A stretch of DNA of 64,000 bases, from contig NC_090400.1 in the NCBI RefSeq assembly GCF_036365525.1, positions 47,389,138 to 47,453,137 on the forward strand, read 5' to 3'. The stretch is from Heterodontus francisci. Its lineage: Eukaryota. A program made the position numbers and the translations under genes. Under the pieces are notes generated by a model that was given only the letters and a program-made list of their open reading frames with translations, ran no database searches and was not told the origin of the DNA. Below are positions 59,101-64,000 of this stretch, piece after piece (within the stretch, counting starts at the first letter, position 1; the number at the start of each line of letters is the position of its first letter).

Positions 59101-61663
59101 AAAAGAGTGGCTAAAGTAAACGTTGGTCCTTTAGAGGATGAGAAGGGGAATTTAGTTATGGGATATGATGAAATGGCCGAGGCATTGAACGGGTATTTTG
59201 TATCGGTCTTCACAGTGGAGGACATTAATAACATGCCAGTAATTGACAAAGAGACGAACGTAGGTGAGGACCTGGAAACAATCATTATTACGGAAGAGGT
59301 AGTGTTGGGCAAGCTAATGGAGCTAAGGATTGATAAGTCTCCTGGCCCTGATGGAATGCATCCCAGGGTACTAAAAGAGATGGCGGGAGAAATAGTAGGT
59401 GCACTGGTGGTAATTTTCCAAAATTCGCTGGACTCTGGGGTAGTCCCAGCAGATTGGAAAACAGCAGATGTGACGCCACTGTTTAAAAAGGGAGGTAGAC
59501 AAAAGATGGGGAATTATAGACCGGTTAGCTTAACCTCTGTAGTGGGGAAGATGCTTGAGTCTATTATCAAGGAAGAAATAGCAGGGCATCTCGATAGAAA
59601 TTGTCCCGTTGGGCAGACGCAGCATGGGTTCACGAAGGGCAGGTCATGCTTGACAAATCTTTTGGAATTCTATGATGACATTACGAGCAAGGTGGACAAT
59701 GGGGACCCAGTGGATGTGGTGTACCTAGATTTCCAAAAGGCCTTCGACAAGGTGCCGCACAAGAGGCTGCTGCATAAGATAAGGATGCATGGCGTTAGGG
59801 GTAAAGTATTAGCATGGATAGAGGATTGGTTGACTAACAGGAAGCAGAGAGTGGGGATAAATGAGTGCTATTCTGGGTGGCAATCAGTCACTAGTGGTGT
59901 GCCTCAGGGATCGGTGTTGGGACCGCAATTATTTACAATTTATATAGATGATTTGGAGTTGGGGACCACATGTAGGGTGTCAAAGTTTGCAGATGACACT
60001 AAGATGAGTGGCAGAGCAAAGTGTGCAGATGACTGTGAAACTTTGCAGAGGAACATAGATACATTGAGTGAGTGGGCAAAGGTCTGGCAGATGGAATACA
60101 ATGTTAATAAATGTGAAGTCATTCATTTCGGTAGGAGTAACAGTAAAAAGGATTATTACTTGAATGGTAAAAAGTTGCAGCATGCTGCTATGCAGAGGGA
60201 CCTGGGTGTCCTTGTGCATGAATTGCAGAAGGTTGGTCTGCAGGTACAGCAAGTAATTAGGAAGGCAAATGGAATTTTGTCCTTCATTGCTAAAGGGATT
60301 GAGTTTAAAAGCAGAGAGGTTATGTTGCAGCTGTATAAGGTACTGGTGAGGCCGCACCTGGAGTACTGTGTGCAGTTTTGGTCTCCTTACTTGAGAAAGG
60401 ATGTACTGGCACTTGAGGGGGTGCAGAGGAGGTTCACTAGGTTGATTCCGGAGTTGAGGGGGTTGGCTTATGAGGAGAGACTGAGTAGATTGGGATTATA
60501 TTCATTGGAATTCAGAAGAATGAGGGGGGATCTTATAGAAACATATAAAATTATGAAGGGAATAGATAAGATACAAGTAGAGAGGATGTTTCCACTGGCA
60601 GGTGAAGCTAGGACAAGAGGGCATAGCCTCAAGATTAGAGGGAGCAGATTTAGGACTGAATTAAGAAGGAACTTCTTCACCCAGAGGGTTGTTAATCTAT
60701 GGAATTCCTTGCCCAGTGAAGTAGTTGACACTTCTTCAGTAAACGTTTTTAAAGCTGAGGTAGATATCTTTTTGAACAATAAAGGAATTAAGGGATACGG
60801 TGAGAGCGCGGGTAAGTGGATCTGAGTCCACGAAAAGATCAGCCATGATCTTATTGAATGGTGGAACAGGCTTGAGGGGCCGGACGGCCTACTCCTGCTC
60901 CTAGTTCTTATTATGACAATTCTGGGCACCACACTTCAGGAAAGACGCAAAGACATTAGAAAGGATACAGAGGAGCTTTACTAGGATGTTACCAAGGATG
61001 AGGGAGGGAGATTGAAAAATTTCAGATTGCTCTCCTTGGAACAGAGAAGGTTAAGAGGTGACCTAATAAAGATTATCAAGATGAGACATTTTGAGCAAGT
61101 AAATAGGGAATAAATAGTCCCTCTGGCAAGTGGGACAATGACTAGAGGGCATGAACTTAAAACCATCGGAGAAATATCTACAGGAGAGATGAGGTGAAAT
61201 CTTTTCACTCAGAGAGTTTTTGGAATCTGGAAGGCTGTACCAGAACAGGTGGTGGAAGCTAATTCCATAAATAATTTTCAAAGGGAGTTGGACAGGTACT
61301 TGAGGATTAGGAACTTACAGAGTTACCATCAAAAAGCAGGGATGTGGGACTATACACAACTCCTCTTTCAAAGAGCTAGTACAGACACGATGGGCCAAAT
61401 GGCCCCCTTCTATGATTCTTCTATGATTCTAACTTTTACACATATCATTACAGACGTCAACATCCTTGAAAAGGGTAAAAGGGAAGGTGAGGTAAACTGG
61501 GATGCAATGACTAAGTAATGGAAGAAAGACAAGGCAACAGGGTGTTCCAGAGGTCACACACTTACCAACGTGGCCTACTATCCAATTGACTATCTGAGCT
61601 TGTATGGGGTCGAGGGAAGAGAGCTGACCTTCTTTTCACTGGGCTCTTCAGAAGTTTTGCTTG
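47104..61663 (-). CDS. RAP1GAP2: Rap1 GTPase-activating protein 2-like, C-terminal coding exons (5' part of gene is outside the window)
   Basis: Six exons splice in frame to QAKLLKSPVKRRSALFPRPH...ETSSNPSSPEMGPNKDR...KLKENG..ISRSSSSTSSFSSTAGE...SQPSTASP...SPTD...SPRTTLKFRFEKL...GH*, matching the recalled RAP1GAP2 C-terminus. Could be a close paralogue. Confidence 0.88.
47221..47560 (+). mobile_element. Penelope-like element 3' fragment
   Basis: Reverse-complement match to 31400-31720; decayed hammerhead remnant gaaacgttaactg. Confidence 0.7.
47745..48085 (+). mobile_element. Deu-domain SINE copy
   Basis: Match to 6273-6716 and 30630-30985. Confidence 0.7.
48867..48943 (-). CDS. RAP1GAP2: RAP1GAP2-like exon DMTKCKTSPRTTLKFRFEKLHHSSNP
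   Basis: ttttctccacag|ACATG ... AACCCA|gtaagt; phase 1-0. Confidence 0.9.
49374..50127. mobile_element. GC-rich MITE, PIF/Harbinger-like
   Basis: GGGCTGAATTTT ... AAAATCCAACCG termini; flanks cca/ccg fit a 3-bp TSD with CpG decay. Confidence 0.6.
50490..50905 (-). mobile_element. SINE related to the head and tail of the 21620-24784 LINE
   Basis: Same head+tail fusion as 46700-47020, more diverged. Confidence 0.65.
51210..51570 (-). mobile_element. 3' fragment of the 21620-24784 LINE family
   Basis: Matches 21625-22020 with internal deletions. Confidence 0.75.
51702..52290. mobile_element. GC-rich MITE, PIF/Harbinger-like; right end unclear
   Basis: Starts GGGCTGGATTTT; shares cttaagtggg.caattaa and ctct.attgg.cggcagct motifs with 18868-19467. 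Confidence 0.55.
52732..52837 (-). CDS. RAP1GAP2: RAP1GAP2-like exon VSQPSTASPSRQDVFLYSNENQSGSNQVSSCKSPT
   Basis: ctgtccacacag|GTTAGT ... CCCACAG|gtctgc; phase 0-1. Confidence 0.88.
53280..53898. mobile_element. GC-rich MITE, PIF/Harbinger-like
   Basis: GGGCAGGATCATCCC ... GGGATATTCTGCCC termini; flanks tga/cga fit a 3-bp TSD with CpG decay. Confidence 0.6.
54500..54620 (-). CDS. RAP1GAP2: RAP1GAP2-like exon TYHKLKENGKGNISRSSSSTSSFSSTAGENEVLEEYETST
   Basis: ttcttcaccag|GACC ... AGCACA|gtgagt; phase 2-0. Confidence 0.92.
55115..55228 (-). CDS. RAP1GAP2: RAP1GAP2-like exon ESLSSLSRTPESGQISPDIKWETSSNPSSPEMGPNKD
   Basis: tcttcggcag|TGAAAG ... GACAG|gtaac; phase 2-2. Confidence 0.9.
55440..56108 (+). 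mobile_element. L2 LINE 3' fragment
   Basis: Encodes AAETLIHAFVTSRLDYSN-like and HWLLVKQRLDFKIL L2 motifs; (GTT)n tail. Confidence 0.85.
56510..57015 (-). mobile_element. L2 LINE 3' fragment with a small CR1-tail insert
   Basis: Reverse-complement of the 55700-56108 region; peptide PKLWNSL..LSSFKTLLQTYLF. Confidence 0.75.
57650..57975 (-). mobile_element. CR1 LINE 3' fragment
   Basis: RKSVFTQRMVITWNLLP peptide and CR1 tail. Confidence 0.75.
58405..60912 (+). mobile_element. Young 5'-truncated CR1 LINE
   Basis: Uninterrupted ORF2 remnant plus complete 3' tail (gggccggacggcctactcctgctcctagttctta); nested in an older CR1. Confidence 0.95.
58417..60825 (+). CDS. CR1 ORF2 (partial APE endonuclease + reverse transcriptase), 802 aa open frame
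   Basis: MGDFN, ILDLVL, SDH (APE); [42 protein letters not shown] (RT); N-terminal half of APE missing. Confidence 0.9.
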   Translation: MVIIMGDFNLHVDWSNQLSQGSLEEEFVECFRDSFLEQYVMEPTREQAILDLVLCNETGIINDLIVRDPLGRSDHSMVEFKIQMESVKIKSNTRVLRLNKGDYNRMKEHLAKVDWKQRFYGGTVDEQWRTFKAIFQSAQQKYIPVKRKDWKKRGNLPWVSKEIREAIKLKEKAYKVAKNSMKLEDWENFKGQQKATKRAIKKSKIENEKKLAQNIKTDSKSFYKYIKRKRVAKVNVGPLEDEKGNLVMGYDEMAEALNGYFVSVFTVEDINNMPVIDKETNVGEDLETIIITEEVVLGKLMELRIDKSPGPDGMHPRVLKEMAGEIVGALVVIFQNSLDSGVVPADWKTADVTPLFKKGGRQKMGNYRPVSLTSVVGKMLESIIKEEIAGHLDRNCPVGQTQHGFTKGRSCLTNLLEFYDDITSKVDNGDPVDVVYLDFQKAFDKVPHKRLLHKIRMHGVRGKVLAWIEDWLTNRKQRVGINECYSGWQSVTSGVPQGSVLGPQLFTIYIDDLELGTTCRVSKFADDTKMSGRAKCADDCETLQRNIDTLSEWAKVWQMEYNVNKCEVIHFGRSNSKKDYYLNGKKLQHAAMQRDLGVLVHELQKVGLQVQQVIRKANGILSFIAKGIEFKSREVMLQLYKVLVRPHLEYCVQFWSPYLRKDVLALEGVQRRFTRLIPELRGLAYEERLSRLGLYSLEFRRMRGDLIETYKIMKGIDKIQVERMFPLAGEARTRGHSLKIRGSRFRTELRRNFFTQRVVNLWNSLPSEVVDTSSVNVFKAEVDIFLNNKGIKGYGESAGKWI
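60915..61430 (+). mobile_element. Older CR1 3' fragment (its 5' part lies at ~58310-58405)
   Basis: QFWAPHFRKD..LERIQRSFTRML continues the LLGFINRG..E.LY frame interrupted at ~58405. Confidence 0.75.
61566..61663 (-). CDS. RAP1GAP2: RAP1GAP2-like exon QAKLLKSPVKRRSALFPRPHTSSDSQLDSRPR
   Basis: ttttctttggcag|CAA ... CGTTG|gtaag; alternative in-frame acceptor would start the exon at 61687. Confidence 0.85.
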
Positions 61664-62304
61664 CTGCCAAAGAAAACGAGAAGTTTGCTGCACGGAGAGA
61701 ATGCTACATCGTTGCAGAAATAACTGGGACAACAGCAATTGTGGTTCAGATGTCTACAGAAGGCCAAGAATTTTCTTGATTCGAGTAGCTTCGCTTTACC
61801 TCTGATGACAGTGTCAGGGATTGCAGATCATCCATATCATGGGTTAAACTGCCTTTTGGACATAATCACATCTCTGGTTGGATTATATCTCATGAAACAA
61901 AGCCATGAACCAAGATTAACACCATTGTGCCAAGAGCTAACCCCAAACTCCTCATCAGGTTGGATAATGCTCCAACCTTGTGGATTGACTAATTTGCAGC
62001 ATTTTCATTGAACTCTGTTTACCATAATGTCCCAACCATCAATGCAAATAGGGCAAGAAGCACAAGATTAAAACGTAGATATTTTCTACACATGAACTAC
62101 AAAGAAAACATACTTCTACTGCAGGAGAAATGTAATAGCATTTGCCCAACATCTGTTCTAAGCTTTGATGAGGGAAATGAGACAATACTGCGTTGCTTTT
62201 TTGCCCCCAGGAAAGATGGACAAGGAAGTTAGAGGATGGACAGGTGGGTGGAGGGATTTCATGATAGAATAATCATGGATGGACTGAGTGGCCTTTTCTC
62301 ACTC

Positions 62305-63515
62305 AGAATCACAGAATTGTTACAGTGCAGAAGGAGGCCATTTGGCCCATTGTGTCTGCAGCAGCTCTCCGGAAGAGCCATTCACTCAGTTCCATTCCCC
62401 TGCTTTCTCCCTGTAACCCTGCACATTCTTCCTTCTCTTATAACAGTCTAATTCCTTTCTGAATGCTTCAATTGAATCTGCCTCCACCACACTTCCAGGC
62501 AGTGCATCCAGACCTAAACCACTCGCTGCATGAAGAAGTTTTTCCTCATGTCACTTTTGCTTCTCTTACCAAATACTTTAGATCTTGATCTTTTCACAAA
62601 TGGGAACAGTTTCTCTCTATCTACTCTGCCCAGACCCCTCATGATTTTGAATACATCTATCAAATCACCTCTCAGCCTTCTCTTCTACAAGGAAAACAGT
62701 CCCAACTTCTCCAATCTAACTTCAAAACTGAAGCTCCTTATCCCTGGAACCATTCTCGTGAATCTTTTCTGTACTCTCTCCAATGCCCTCACGTCTTTCC
62801 GAAAGTGCAGCGCCCAGAACTGGACGTAATACTTCAGCTGAGGCCAAACAAGTGTCTTTTACAAGTTCAACATAACTTCCTTGCTCTTGTACTCTATGTC
62901 CCTATTAATAAAGCCCAGGATACTGGATGCTTTATTAATTGCTCTCTCAACCCATCCTGCCACCTTCAATGACTTATGCACATTTACACCCAGGTCCCTC
63001 CGCTCCTGCACCCCCTTTAGAATTGTACTCTTTATTCTATATTGTCTCCCCATGTTCTTCCTACCAAAATGAATCACTTCACATTTCTCTGCATTGAACT
63101 TCATCTGCCACCTGTCTGCCCATTCCACCGACTTGTCTATGTCCTTTTCAAGTTCTACACGATCCACCTCACAGTTCACAATGCTTCCAAGTTTCGTATC
63201 ATCTGCAAACTTTTAAATTGTGCCCTGTACACCAAGGTCTAGATCATTAATATATATCAGGAAAAGCAAGGGTCCCAAGACTGACCCCTGGGGAACTCCA
63301 CTACAAACCTTCCGCCAGCCCGAAAAACATCCATTGACCACTACTCTCTGTTTCCTGTCACTTAGCCAATTTCGTATCCATGTTGCTACTGTCCCTTTTA
63401 TTCCATGAGCTATAACTTTGTTCGTAAGTCTGTTGTGTGGCACTGTATCAAACGCCTTTTGAAAGTCCATGTACACCACATCAACAGCATTGCCCTCAAC
63501 AACACTCTGTTACTC
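62305..63515 (-). mobile_element. CR1 LINE, 5'-truncated
   Basis: ORFs [26 protein letters not shown] and WADRWQMKFNAEKCEV. Confidence 0.92.
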
Positions 63516-63633
63516 GGTCCTTTATGATCCATCCTCCTTATTCTGTTCTTGTCTTTACTCTTTTTGAGCAATGTATTGATCTATTTATTGTAACTGGCTT
63601 CCATTCTTGAATTGATGTTGTAAAGAAAAATTC

Positions 63634-64000
63634 AGGGTTGAATTCTCCCAGCTCTGTGGAAGTGGCTTTGGAGGCGTGGAAATTTCAATGGAATTATGTC
63701 GGGCCGGCTCTATCACATGTTCCTTCCTCCGTGCACTTTTCCTGGAGTCGGGCTCTCAGCGGCGACAGCTACCCACCTCCAGCAGCAGCAGGTAGCCAAT
63801 TAGGGTATTTAATAGGGCAACCAGTCCCTATGCTGGCAATGAATTGAAATTTTCCCAATGGCGCAGGGGCCCCCTGCTGTATTAGGGCCTCGGCAACGCC
63901 GCGGAGGGGGCTTCACAGAGGGAGGTCCGAGATGCAAGTACATTTCAGGCCTTTTATTCATTTGCCAGCAGTAAATCGCAATGCTCAGATCTCCCCAAGC
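63634..64000. mobile_element. GC-rich MITE-like element, cut by the window end
   Basis: Starts GGGTTGAATTCT, like the other Harbinger-type termini. Confidence 0.4.

Overview
Repeat-rich vertebrate genomic DNA, almost certainly from a cartilaginous fish (shark-type V-domain/HE1-like SINE, Deu-domain SINEs, CR1, L2 and Penelope-like elements). Two spliced genes face each other tail-to-tail. (1) On the + strand is a tapasin-family gene with 7 coding exons between 4958 and 17722 and a last exon from 19791; its signal-peptide exon was not found. It encodes an N-terminal domain, IgV, IgC1, TM and a cytoplasmic tail ending KKPY. It mixes TAPBPR-like and tapasin-like features and lies outside both known mammalian loci. 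(2) On the - strand is the 3' part of a RAP1GAP2-like gene, with 6 coding exons from 61663 to 47104 ending ...HHSSNPGH* and a probable ~5 kb 3'UTR exon. The rest is transposon-derived. Main leads: a 17-nt micro-exon that could switch the tapasin-like tail from an ER-retrieval KKXX motif to an acidic dileucine motif; minimal hammerhead-ribozyme cores in Penelope terminal repeats; and a single-ORF LINE carrying a tRNA-derived SINE head. Exon coordinates were counted by hand from splice signals. Repeat boundaries are approximate and family names come from recalled similarity, not database searches.
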